Source: Deinococcales bacterium
Lineage (GTDB): Bacteria; Deinococcota; Deinococci; Deinococcales; JAAFIG01
DNA length: 64,000 nucleotides
Reading direction: 5' to 3'
Assembly (NCBI GenBank): GCA_025359505.1
Contig: JANYHH010000035.1
Coordinates: 21,966-85,965, forward strand
Made by a program: the position numbers and the translations under genes. The notes beneath the pieces are model-generated. The model searched no databases, had not been told where the DNA came from, and saw only the letters and a list, made by a program, of their open reading frames with translations. This document shows positions 17,893 through 27,474 of this stretch, in pieces (position 1 is the first letter of the stretch; each line of letters begins with the position of its first letter).

Positions 17893-18999
17893 GTGACGAC
17901 CAACCCAGCTACCTACAAACCCGCCCCTGAACTTCCTCGAGCCTTGCACCTGACAGGCTTGATTTTCGCTTTAGCCGTGACGTTGGTGGCCTACAGCGCT
18001 ATTTTTCTCTGGCTGCGCGAGGGCAAAGCCGACGGTTGGCTGACTTTCTTGGTATCCCTGATTTGGGGCATCGGCGGCGTTTGGCTGCTGTTCGTACTGG
18101 TCAGCTCCATTATCGGTCTGCTGCCAATGAAATGGCGCACCGGGATCATGCCGTGGGTCTTCGTCACTCCAGCGCTCGCACTGGTGTTTTACTACCTGCT
18201 TGTCCCGACGATCCGTACCTTAGACCTGAGTTTACGCAATGCCAACTCGAGCGCGTACATTGGGGTAGACAACTACATTTACGCGTTCACCAGCCCGGCG
18301 ATGCTCGAGTCATTCAAGAACAATTTATTGTGGATTATTTTCGGCGGGGGTTTGAGCGTCCTGCTTGGCTTGGTGATCGCGGCGCTCGCAGACCGCACCC
18401 ACGCGAGTTTTGAAGTCAGCGTGAAAACCTTGATCTTTCTACCGATGGCCATCAGCATGATCGGTGCGTCGGTGATCTGGAAACTGGTTTACGCTTACGC
18501 ACCCGCCGGGGATCAGATTGGACTGCTGAACGCCATCAACGTTGGTCTGGGCGGTACGCCGATCCCGTGGCTGATCACCAGAGGCTTGAATACCTATCTG
18601 CTGATTGTAATTCTGATCTGGATGCAAACAGGTTTCGCGCTGGTGGTTTTTTCAGCAGCGCTCAAGGGCGTGCCATCGGAGCTGAGCGAGGCGGCCCGCA
18701 TCGACGGCGCGACCGAGTTGCAAAGCTTCTTTAAGATCACGATTCCCTACATTCAGATCACGATTATTTCCGTGACCACGACCATCGTGATTTTCACGCT
18801 GAAAGTCTTCGACGTGGTGTTCGGCATGACCGGCGGTAACTTCGGTACGCAAGTGATCGCCAATGAGCAGTACACCCAAAGTTTTAGAAGTTTCGATTTC
18901 GGACGCGGTGCGGCCGTGGCAATGGTCTTGCTGATTGCGGTGCTGCCGGTGGTGTATTACAACATCCGCGATTTCTCCAAGAACTCCAAAGGTTTTTAG
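17893..18999 (+). CDS. Sugar ABC transporter permease (MalF/UgpA-like)
   Basis: GTG start after AGGAGG. Multi-TM protein with the EAA-like loop SEAARIDGATELQSFFKITIP. Confidence 0.85.
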   Translation: MTTNPATYKPAPELPRALHLTGLIFALAVTLVAYSAIFLWLREGKADGWLTFLVSLIWGIGGVWLLFVLVSSIIGLLPMKWRTGIMPWVFVTPALALVFYYLLVPTIRTLDLSLRNANSSAYIGVDNYIYAFTSPAMLESFKNNLLWIIFGGGLSVLLGLVIAALADRTHASFEVSVKTLIFLPMAISMIGASVIWKLVYAYAPAGDQIGLLNAINVGLGGTPIPWLITRGLNTYLLIVILIWMQTGFALVVFSAALKGVPSELSEAARIDGATELQSFFKITIPYIQITIISVTTTIVIFTLKVFDVVFGMTGGNFGTQVIANEQYTQSFRSFDFGRGAAVAMVLLIAVLPVVYYNIRDFSKNSKGF

Positions 19000-19031
19000 C
19001 CCCTCGATCCCCGCCGCAAGGAGTGAACAAC

Positions 19032-19925
19032 ATGGTCGCCAGCAAACTGAACCCCGTTTCTAAATTCATCATTTACACCGTGCTGATTATCCTCGCGGCG
19101 TTCTGGACGATTCCGACCTTCGGGCTGTTGATTACTTCGATTCGCTTACCCGACGACGCGTCTGCCAGCGGCTGGTGGATGTTCTTCACGCCCGGTAAAA
19201 CAAACGTCACGATGCAAAACTACGCTGAAGTCTTCGGTGTCGGCGCGGCCGATACCCAAGGTGGCAACAGCGCCTCGAGCAACAACCTCAGCCAATCAAT
19301 CGTCAACACGGTCATCATGGCCGTGCCCAGCACGATCATCCCAATTTTCTTGGCGGCGTTGGCGGCCTATGCCTTCGCGTGGATGAATTTTCCGGGGCGC
19401 AAATGGCTGTTCATGATTTTAGTGGCCTTATTGGTTGTGCCGCTGCAAATGTCGCTGATCCCGATATTGCGCGATTACAACTCGCTGGGCTTGAATGGCA
19501 CATTTCTGGGGGTCTGGCTGGCCAACACTGGCTTTGGTTTGCCGCTGGCCACATACCTGCTCTACAACTACATCGTCACATTGCCGCGCGAAGTTTTTGA
19601 ATCAGCCGTGATGGACGGCGCGTCGCATCCGGTGATGTTCGCCAAGCTCGTCGTGCCACTGAGCTTCCCGGCGTTTGCGTCGTTTGCGATCTTCCAGTTT
19701 CTGTGGGTCTGGAATGGCGTGTTGATTCCACTGGTGTTCTTGGGCGACAAGCCCAACTTGGTGGTGCTGCCGCAACGGATCTTGCAGATGATGGGCACGT
19801 ATGGCGCAAACTGGACGCTGCTGACCGCTGGCGCGTTCGTCTCGATGGCGATTCCACTGGCGGTCTTCATCGGCTTCCAGCGTTACTTCGTGCGCGGCAT
19901 GCTGGCGGGCAGCGTCAAAGGCTAA
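19032..19925 (+). CDS. Sugar ABC transporter permease (MalG/UgpE-like)
   Basis: ORF track 19023..19925. ATG 19032 lies 8 nt after AAGGAG. EAA-like loop ESAVMDGASHPVMFAKLVVP. Confidence 0.85.
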   Translation: MVASKLNPVSKFIIYTVLIILAAFWTIPTFGLLITSIRLPDDASASGWWMFFTPGKTNVTMQNYAEVFGVGAADTQGGNSASSNNLSQSIVNTVIMAVPSTIIPIFLAALAAYAFAWMNFPGRKWLFMILVALLVVPLQMSLIPILRDYNSLGLNGTFLGVWLANTGFGLPLATYLLYNYIVTLPREVFESAVMDGASHPVMFAKLVVPLSFPAFASFAIFQFLWVWNGVLIPLVFLGDKPNLVVLPQRILQMMGTYGANWTLLTAGAFVSMAIPLAVFIGFQRYFVRGMLAGSVKG

Positions 19926-19999
19926 ACATCACCTCGAGACTCGAGGGCTTGCTGATTTGGCAAACCTTTGTTGATTGGGCAATAGAATTTACCCTCGAG

Positions 20000-21436
20000 A
20001 TGCCACAATCCTTTTCAACCCTCGAGCCAGACCTGTTGCGCCCGAAGTATCACTTCACCGCACGGCGCAACTGGATCAACGATCCTAACGGACTGGTGTT
20101 TTTCGCAGGCGAGTACCACCTGTGCTATCAATACAACCCGCTGGGCAACATTCACAGAAACATGAGCTGGGGTCACGCGGTCAGCCCAGATTTACTTCAC
20201 TGGCGTGAACTCGAGGTCGCAATTGCGGTTGAGGCTGGCGTGGAAGCGTTCAGTGGCGGCGCTGTGGTGGACTGGCACAACTCGAGCGGCTTTGGGTTGG
20301 GTGACGCGCCGCCGCTGGTCGCGGCCTTCACGGGGCATCACACTGGGCAGCGTTTGCAAGATCAGCGCTTGGCGTTCAGTAATGACCACGGACGGACGTG
20401 GACGCTGTACTCGAGCAACCCCGTGCTGGATATTGGTGAGAGCGATTTCCGCGATCCCAAACTTTTTTGGCACGTGGCCACGGGACGCTGGGTGATGCTG
20501 CTGGTGCTGTCGCATGGGCATAAAATTCAGTTCTACGGCTCGAGCGATCTAAAAACTTGGGAATACCTGAGTGATTTCGGGCCCGCTGGCTCGAGCGCTG
20601 GAATCTGGGAAGTGCCGGAGCTGCTCGAGCTGAGAATAGAAGACAGTGGTGAATCGCGCTGGATGCTGAAGGTCGACATTGGTGCGGGCGGCCCGTGCGG
20701 CGGCAGCGCTGGGCAGTACTTCATCGGGCAGTTTGACGGCACGCGGTTCACGGCTGATCTGAGCAGCCTCGAGGCCGCGCCGAATTGGATCGATGGCGGC
20801 AAGGATTTCTACGCAGCCATCGCGTGGTCGGACGCACCAAATGGGCAACTCGTCTGGATCGGTTGGATGAACAACTGGCAGTACGCCGCTCAACTGCCGA
20901 CCGCCCCTTGGCGCGGCGCGATGACATTGCCGCGCACGCTGTCCCTGCGCCGTACCGCGTCCGGTCACGGATTAGTGCAGCGACCGATTCAGCAACTCGA
21001 GACGCTACGAACCGATCATCAGCAGCGCAGCGACCTGCGGCTCGAGGGGCGGCTGGCGCTCGCCACACATTCCACGGCGCTCGAGATCAAGCTATGCGTT
21101 GCGCTCGAGGAGGCTGCGGGCTTCGTGATTGAACTGGGACAGCACGCCCGCGTTGGTTACGAGGCGGGTACGCACGAATTGTATGTGCAGCGAGACGCTG
21201 AGGACTTCAGCGCCGATTTCGGCGGGCGACACTCGAGGGTCGTGCAACTTGAAGGCGGCATCCTCGAGTTACGGATTTTTCTTGATGCCAGTTCGGTCGA
21301 GGTCTTCGCCGACGGCGGCGCGTGCGTCATCACCGATCTGTTGATGCGAGCCATTGACCCGAGTGAGTTTGCGCTGACCTCGAGCGGCGGGGTGTTGCGG
21401 ATCGTGCAGATGGATGTCTGGACGATCAAGGTTTAA
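20000..21436 (+). CDS. Glycoside hydrolase family 32 (beta-fructofuranosidase / sucrose-6-phosphate hydrolase-like)
   Basis: ORF track 19703..21436. The real start is probably ATG 20000 (MPQSFSTLEP). Motifs: YHFTARRNWINDPNG, WGHAVSPDLLHW, FRDPK. Confidence 0.85.
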   Translation: MPQSFSTLEPDLLRPKYHFTARRNWINDPNGLVFFAGEYHLCYQYNPLGNIHRNMSWGHAVSPDLLHWRELEVAIAVEAGVEAFSGGAVVDWHNSSGFGLGDAPPLVAAFTGHHTGQRLQDQRLAFSNDHGRTWTLYSSNPVLDIGESDFRDPKLFWHVATGRWVMLLVLSHGHKIQFYGSSDLKTWEYLSDFGPAGSSAGIWEVPELLELRIEDSGESRWMLKVDIGAGGPCGGSAGQYFIGQFDGTRFTADLSSLEAAPNWIDGGKDFYAAIAWSDAPNGQLVWIGWMNNWQYAAQLPTAPWRGAMTLPRTLSLRRTASGHGLVQRPIQQLETLRTDHQQRSDLRLEGRLALATHSTALEIKLCVALEEAAGFVIELGQHARVGYEAGTHELYVQRDAEDFSADFGGRHSRVVQLEGGILELRIFLDASSVEVFADGGACVITDLLMRAIDPSEFALTSSGGVLRIVQMDVWTIKV

Positions 21437-22623
21437 CGCGTGCGCTCGGCGAAGTCTTTAAACACCGCGTTCGTCCAGCCAAAGCCGCTGACCTGCCCGT
21501 AGACGCCCTCCTCGACTGCGTGGTCTTGGGTATCGGCGGTAACGTTATACTTCTCCCACAACGCGCCCGTGCGCTCGAATTCAGCAGTGACCGTTCCCAG
21601 CCACGCCACGCGCACGGCTCGAGCCTCTGCATGAAAGCCGTACCGCTCCAAGCCCGCATCGACCAGCCAGTGCAGCGGGGCCCAGCCGTTCGGGTACGCC
21701 CATTGCCGCCCGGCCTTGGGCTGGAGGGTCGTCACCAGACCGCCCGCGTGCAGAAATTTCGGCAGCCACTGGCTCACCATCCGCTCGGCTTGCTGCGGCG
21801 TGGCGATGCCCGCCCACAGTGGGTAAAACCCAGCCAGCGACGCGTGCGGATTGAGTCGCTGATTCGCAAAATCGTAATCCAAATAAAAGCCGCTCTGCTC
21901 ATCCCACAGCAGCTCCCGCACCACTGCACCTCGAGCCTCGGCTCTCGATCGCCACCGCTCAGCGCGGCTCGAGTCGCCGAGAGTTTGCGCCATTCGCGCC
22001 ATGTCCAACTCGCAGGCGTAAAGGATGGAGTTGAGGTCAACCGGCAGATGCTCAAGCCAGCGCTCATCGCAGCGCGTGCTGTGATCCCAGCCGCTCTCGC
22101 AACTGGCGAGGATATCCAAGTAATTGATATCGAAATACCGCGACAAGCCGCTCACATGCAAACGATCATGCGGCTGCGCTGTTCCCATCCAAACAGTCTG
22201 ATATTCAAACTCTGCCACATGCAGCATTTCAGTCAGCCACATGTGCAGGTCAGCGTCACCGCGCCGCTCTTTGACGCGGTACGCTTCCCAGACGAGCGCC
22301 GTGAAAAACGGTGGCTGACTGCGCGACGTGAAGTAAAACCTCGAGCCGTTCGGAATCACCAGAAAACGCGTCATCAGTTCGGCTAGATTTTCAGCCATGC
22401 CGGGGATCATGCCTTCCAGCGCCGTGTCACGGAGTCCAAGCGCCATGAAATAACTGTCCCAGTAGTACATCTCCTGAAACATCGCGCCGTCGCTCGGCAC
22501 GAGGTACGGATTTTTTAGACCGATCAATGTGCCAGAGTCACTGGGGTTGTGACGCACCAAGTGCGACCAGTACGCGCCGATGTACTCGAGCACGGGTTGC
22601 CAGCGGACGCGTTGAAGGCTCAT
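21433..22623 (-). CDS. Alpha,alpha-trehalase (GH37), cytoplasmic type
   Basis: Motifs YYWDSYF and RQWAYPNGWAPLHW. No signal peptide. Confidence 0.8.
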   Translation of the reverse strand: MSLQRVRWQPVLEYIGAYWSHLVRHNPSDSGTLIGLKNPYLVPSDGAMFQEMYYWDSYFMALGLRDTALEGMIPGMAENLAELMTRFLVIPNGSRFYFTSRSQPPFFTALVWEAYRVKERRGDADLHMWLTEMLHVAEFEYQTVWMGTAQPHDRLHVSGLSRYFDINYLDILASCESGWDHSTRCDERWLEHLPVDLNSILYACELDMARMAQTLGDSSRAERWRSRAEARGAVVRELLWDEQSGFYLDYDFANQRLNPHASLAGFYPLWAGIATPQQAERMVSQWLPKFLHAGGLVTTLQPKAGRQWAYPNGWAPLHWLVDAGLERYGFHAEARAVRVAWLGTVTAEFERTGALWEKYNVTADTQDHAVEEGVYGQVSGFGWTNAVFKDFAERTR

Positions 22624-23016
22624 GCGGTGGCGAGCATTCTAAGCCAGCCTGCATGAGCTGACCAAACCAGCGTTTTGAAATTGAAGGCAACCGTGCAGTC
22701 AAGTAGCTGTCCCGCAAATCACGGTTGGCTCGAGCCTGACGAATGCAACTCTCGCGTCAATCGCTGAGGGTCGGAGGCTTGATTTAGAGCCGCAACGTTC
22801 GAGTGACATGACGAACCAGACCGACAGCTCGAGAAGATTGAAAGCTGTTCATACTTCGAGCCTTGGCTCGAGGTTCTTGATTTTCAGCAGTCGGTTCTCA
22901 ACTTGATTCGGTCAAGGATTCGCTTGAAATTGACGATCGCTACTGAACGCAAGCTGCTCCCCAGAGCAGATGAAGTGATTCAGTGACAGTCCGTATCTGG
23001 CTTCAAACCGCTCATG

Positions 23017-25248
23017 TCACCGCGTTTCGTAAGCGCCCAGATCCACACCGGCCCCGAGTGGTCGCTTGACCCGATCAATATCCTCGAGCGCACTGAAATT
23101 CGGGCTACCTTTATCAATCGCGGGGCTGTTGGGTTGCAGGCGAAAATTATTGGAGCTGGCACTGATGAAATTGGGGTCGACGCCGATCAGACTGCCTGTT
23201 CCAGTGCCGTCGCTGCCCGTACCGCCGAAGATTAGGTTGAAATCGAACAGTTGCGTGGTCTTGTCGCTCGGGTTGCTTGGCGTACCGAGGCGTTGATTGG
23301 CGGGACGGTTTGACAGCGGCACGATGATGTTGTTGTACGAACGTGTATCGCTCGCCCAGATCGTGGTCAGTTCCCCGTCTTTGATGCTGGGACTGTTGGA
23401 GTTCTGGAACAGCGTGTTGTTGAAAATATCCACGTGATCGCTGAGAAAAACGTGGATCCCACGACCACCATTGCCGTAAACGACGTTGTTCTCGATCAAG
23501 GTGCGACCGTTGTATGGCGTTTTCGTTGAGCCAGCGAATGACTGGGTGTTGCGACCATCGTCAATGATGATGCCGTTGCCATCGCTGATGTTGCGCTTGG
23601 CGGGGTCGGGGTCAGAGTAGTAAAACGGGATCAGGTTTTGGTTCGCGTAGACGACGTTGCGCCGAATGATGTTCTTGATGCCCGTGCTGGCGTCCGAATT
23701 CCAGTTTTGATACAGGGAAATACCGCTCGCGGCGTAAGGGGAGTAGTACGAGTTCCCCCAGACCACATTGTCTTCTATGGTCATGTAATCAGCCCGAACC
23801 GAATAGATGCCACCGCCGGGGCATTGATGGACGATGTTGTTACGAACAATCACGTGATGAACGAACTCGCCGGGCCGGTTGTACGGCTCGGTGATGCCGA
23901 TACAATTTCCACTCGTGACCGGGTTGCTCACGTTGTTCTGCTGTGAGCGTGCGTCATCCAAGGTGATCTGATCGCGGTTGCCCGCAATCTCGAAACCTTC
24001 GACGAGGATGTACGAGGACTGCACGCTGATGGCCTGCCAGTTGCGCGACCGCAACAGCGGGCGTTCGCCGGGGTACGCCATCAACGCAATCCACGCGCTC
24101 GAGGTTCCAGAGTGATTCATAGTCACGATGTTGTTGTTCGCGTCAGCTTGGGCGTATTCGCCCTTCATCACGAGGATCGTGTCGCCCGGTTTGGACAGGT
24201 TCGCGCCACCTTGGATCGTCACGGCTTTTAATTCACTCGAGCCGTCGTTGCTGTCGTTCCCGCCGGGTGACACGTACAGCACGCGGCCGCTGATTGCAAC
24301 CTCGAGCGTTGCTGCGTTGCTCGCGGTGATTTTACCGCTGCTGTCAATCGCTTTGGCGGTGATCGCGCTGCTGCTGGTTTCGGTTTTGGTGAGCGCCAGC
24401 TCCACCGAGTACGGCGCGGTGCTGTCCTCACCGATTTTGGTCGCGCCCCGGTAGAACTCGAGGCGGGCGGGGGGCGGGCCAGTCACATTGGCGCTGATTG
24501 TCACCAGCGCCGGACGCTCGAGGCGGGTTGCGGAGAGGGTCAAGGCAACGCTCGAGGTGGGTGGAGTGACTGGGGGCTGTGGAGGCGGCGGAGGTGCAGG
24601 CGGCGAGGTGGTCACTGCCGTACACGCGACTTGTGCGTCGCCCCAATCCGCGTGATCCCAGCTCAGGTCGTCCCCGCCGTTCGTGACCTCTAATTTGATT
24701 TCCTTGACGCCAGCGAGATCCAAGCTGATTGACTTTGCCGCATCGGTCGGGCGCATCACCCTAGAGTCAAACTTCACTGTTCCGTCAGTCCAGACTTTGA
24801 ACGTCACCGATCCTTTGCCTTTGGAGTTCGCATCAACTTCGTCATCCAAGCCAACTTCAGCGCTGAAACTCGAGCATTGCCCGTTCAAGCCATAAACGAT
24901 GCTGGAGGGGGCGTGAACCCCGAGTCCTTTGGCGAACGTCTTGGCGCTCACGGTGATGGTCTTCCCGTCGCCTGCGCTCTGTTCACCGTTGGATCGGTCT
25001 CTTTCAATCGCTCCCCAGCCGCTCGAGGCAGTTTTCCAAGTCAGGTCGGAGAGGAAGTGATTGCCACCGCTCAACGCGAGTGGGGCGCTGTTCGCGCTGG
25101 GCGCGTCGCTCCACGGGTAGCTGACCCCGTTCGCGTAGGGATCAAAAGTTGAGAGTGAATCGTTGCAGGCGATCAAGGTCAACAATAAACCACCAGACAG
25201 CAGGGCTTGAACCCAGCACCGAGCATCATGGCGTTTCAAAAAGGGCAT
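23017..25248 (-). CDS. Secreted lipoprotein: NPCBM carbohydrate-binding domain + Pro-rich linker + Ig-like region + right-handed parallel beta-helix domain
   Basis: ORF track 23017..25326. ATG 25248 gives the lipobox LLLTLIAC. NPCBM-like segment LSDLTWKTASSGWG..DRSNGE..GLGVHAPS..FSAEVGLDDE. PPAPPPPPQPPVTPP linker. C-terminal beta-helix repeats. Confidence 0.75.
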   Translation of the reverse strand: MPFLKRHDARCWVQALLSGGLLLTLIACNDSLSTFDPYANGVSYPWSDAPSANSAPLALSGGNHFLSDLTWKTASSGWGAIERDRSNGEQSAGDGKTITVSAKTFAKGLGVHAPSSIVYGLNGQCSSFSAEVGLDDEVDANSKGKGSVTFKVWTDGTVKFDSRVMRPTDAAKSISLDLAGVKEIKLEVTNGGDDLSWDHADWGDAQVACTAVTTSPPAPPPPPQPPVTPPTSSVALTLSATRLERPALVTISANVTGPPPARLEFYRGATKIGEDSTAPYSVELALTKTETSSSAITAKAIDSSGKITASNAATLEVAISGRVLYVSPGGNDSNDGSSELKAVTIQGGANLSKPGDTILVMKGEYAQADANNNIVTMNHSGTSSAWIALMAYPGERPLLRSRNWQAISVQSSYILVEGFEIAGNRDQITLDDARSQQNNVSNPVTSGNCIGITEPYNRPGEFVHHVIVRNNIVHQCPGGGIYSVRADYMTIEDNVVWGNSYYSPYAASGISLYQNWNSDASTGIKNIIRRNVVYANQNLIPFYYSDPDPAKRNISDGNGIIIDDGRNTQSFAGSTKTPYNGRTLIENNVVYGNGGRGIHVFLSDHVDIFNNTLFQNSNSPSIKDGELTTIWASDTRSYNNIIVPLSNRPANQRLGTPSNPSDKTTQLFDFNLIFGGTGSDGTGTGSLIGVDPNFISASSNNFRLQPNSPAIDKGSPNFSALEDIDRVKRPLGAGVDLGAYETR

Positions 25249-25340
25249 GTCAGATCGTATGCCCAGACCATGTGATCCCGTCTGTGTCATTTTCAGCTTT
25301 GACTCGCTCGGGGTGGCGCGGGTCATTGCTCGAGGGCTTG

Positions 25341-25376
25341 CGTGAAAATGTTCAAACCGACGTTACATTCGGTTTG
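25341..25376 (-). terminator. Candidate intrinsic terminator after the RlmI-like gene
   Basis: 8-bp stem caaaccga/tcggtttg (25353-25376). On the minus strand it is followed by aacattttc. Confidence 0.45.
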
Positions 25377-25388
25377 ATTAGAAGCGGA

Positions 25389-26543
25389 TCACCAAATCTC
25401 GAGCAGCGCGTACTTCAAGTACCTCGACTCAGGCAAAGCTAAAAGCTCGGGGTGATCGCTGCTTTGCGCCCGTCGCTCGAGAATCCGTACGGAACGCCCT
25501 GCATCGCTGGCGCTGTCGCGTAACATTGCGTAGAAATCGGGTTCTGAAACGTGAAAACTGCATGATGCTGTCCCCAGAATTCCGCCAGCCTCGAGCAGTT
25601 TCATCGCCCGCAGATTTAATTCTTTGTAGGCGCGGTACGCGGCTGGCAGGTCGCGCTTGGCTTTGGCCAGCGCCGGCGGGTCGAGGCTGATCGTCTGGTA
25701 TTTGACGCCGCTACGCTCACGTTCGCGCAGAATATCGAAAGCGTTTCCAGCGGTGAAGCTGAGGTTCGTAAAACCGTTCAGCGCCGCGTTCTCGCGTCCG
25801 CGCTCGAGGGCGGGTTCACTGGCGTCGATGCACTCCACGTCGTCGCAGACGGTCGCCAGATGCAGCCCGAAACTGGCGTGATAGCTGAAAACATCGAGCG
25901 CCCGCCCATACGCTCGCGCCTTCAACGCGGCGCGGTTTTCGCGCTGATCCAGAAACGCACCGGTTTTCTGCCCGCGCCACGGATCGACCAGATAGCGCAC
26001 ATTGCCTTCGATGACCTCGAGCCAGTCCGGGACAGTACCGCGCAATTCAAAGACCCCAGTCTCCAGCCCCTCGAGCGAGCGGCTTTTACCATCGAACCGC
26101 GCCAGAATCCCCAGCGGGCGAAACTCCGCCTCGAGCGCGTCCAGCAAAGCAGGCAGGTGCGGCTCGAGGGCAGCGCTGTGCTGCTGAACCACCAGATAAT
26201 CGCCGTACTTATCGACGGTCACGCCGGGCAGCCCGTCGGCGTCGCTGTGAACAATTCTGAAGGCGTTGCCGTCGATGCTCGAGTCGGCGCGGCGGTGCTC
26301 GATCGCCCGCTCGAGGTGCGTCAATAGCAGGGCTTCACCCGCAGGTTTCATGCCCCTCGTCAGCATCCGCACGGTGATCTCGGATTGCGGGTTGACGGCT
26401 GCCCAACCCAGTACGCGCCCGCGTGCATCGTGAACGGGATACAGCCCAGCACTGGGCGGCATTTGCGCGACATCCGAGCGGTAGATCCACGGGTGGCCAG
26501 TGGTGAAGCGCTCTAAACCACGGGCGGAGAGGGTCACGGTCAT
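25389..26543 (-). CDS. Class I SAM-dependent rRNA (cytosine-C5) methyltransferase, RlmI-like (PUA + MTase)
   Basis: 384 aa. N-terminal PUA-like region, then KTGAFLDQRENR and ISLDPPALAK blocks typical of RlmI/YccW. Confidence 0.75.
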   Translation of the reverse strand: MTVTLSARGLERFTTGHPWIYRSDVAQMPPSAGLYPVHDARGRVLGWAAVNPQSEITVRMLTRGMKPAGEALLLTHLERAIEHRRADSSIDGNAFRIVHSDADGLPGVTVDKYGDYLVVQQHSAALEPHLPALLDALEAEFRPLGILARFDGKSRSLEGLETGVFELRGTVPDWLEVIEGNVRYLVDPWRGQKTGAFLDQRENRAALKARAYGRALDVFSYHASFGLHLATVCDDVECIDASEPALERGRENAALNGFTNLSFTAGNAFDILRERERSGVKYQTISLDPPALAKAKRDLPAAYRAYKELNLRAMKLLEAGGILGTASCSFHVSEPDFYAMLRDSASDAGRSVRILERRAQSSDHPELLALPESRYLKYALLEIW

Positions 26544-27140
26544 GGGTGCAGATTACGACGCGGGTCTCGAGCTTAGTTTCAAACTGAGTGCGGTACTGCT
26601 CGAGGTCGCCTTTGAAACGTTGAAACTTTGCACACCCAATTTACCCCGTGGCTCGAGACCGTCGTGTTGGTCAAGGACGTACCGCTCGAGAAACCTGTTC
26701 GTGCTTGTGATTGCGGTGCTGCGTTGCGTTGCACTCGAGGGTGCGGTGATCGCGCTCGGATCGCTCAACGGCGGCGCGTTGCCCGGTGCTTGAATCACGC
26801 TCGGTTCCACCCGCACTTGGCTCGAGCGCGAAAGTCGCGTGATGGAGTACCCGCTCGAGCTGTAACGCATCACCCGACCACTGTACAAGCATTTGAAACT
26901 GCCAAACGACGCTTGTCCCGAGGCTGGGGACGACACTCGAGGCCATTTGTCCCCGCGTCCGTCCTCGAGACTGTGGTTTGGGTAAGCACTCCTAGAAAAC
27001 GCCGTGCGGGATTGTGATACCATCTTTGCCGCATCACCTGTGACAACCGTTTCCGTTTCAACTCGCAAGAGAACGCCCCTCAGGACGCCCTCGTGTGAGC
27101 GTATGCGCGAACAAGAAGTAGAGAGGGAGGAGGGGACATC

Positions 27141-27458
27141 TTGGAAGCCAACACTGGAATTTTGAAGGACTTGGCCAGCCGTGAAGTGGCGCTGACCCAA
27201 AAAGTCGAGGCCGCCAAAGCCGAAGCGCTGAAAGTCATCGCCGAGGCCGAGGTCAAAGCCAAAGAAGCGTTCACCAAAGCTCAAAGCGATGCGTCCGCAC
27301 TCGAGGCGGAGTACCGCACGCGCCGCGAGAGCGAAGCCGACAGCATTCTCAAAGGTGGTATGAGCGCCGCCAAAGCCAGCGCTGACGCGGCTCGTGCGGC
27401 CGCGCAGAGCAAAATCGCCGATGCCGTCAAGGTCATCGTCGCAAAGGTACTGCCGTGA
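27141..27458 (+). CDS. V/A-type ATPase peripheral-stalk subunit G/H-like coiled-coil protein
   Basis: TTG start after GGAGGAGGGG. 105-aa Ala/Glu/Lys-rich helix at the first position of the operon, as in the Thermus G-I-K-E-C-F-A-B-D order. Confidence 0.6.
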   Translation: MEANTGILKDLASREVALTQKVEAAKAEALKVIAEAEVKAKEAFTKAQSDASALEAEYRTRRESEADSILKGGMSAAKASADAARAAAQSKIADAVKVIVAKVLP

Positions 27459-27474
27459 AGTCGGGGTTGCAAGC

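Noticed and set aside
21520-22386. 288-aa plus-strand ORF
   Set aside because: It is antisense to the trehalase gene, which has clear GH37 motifs.
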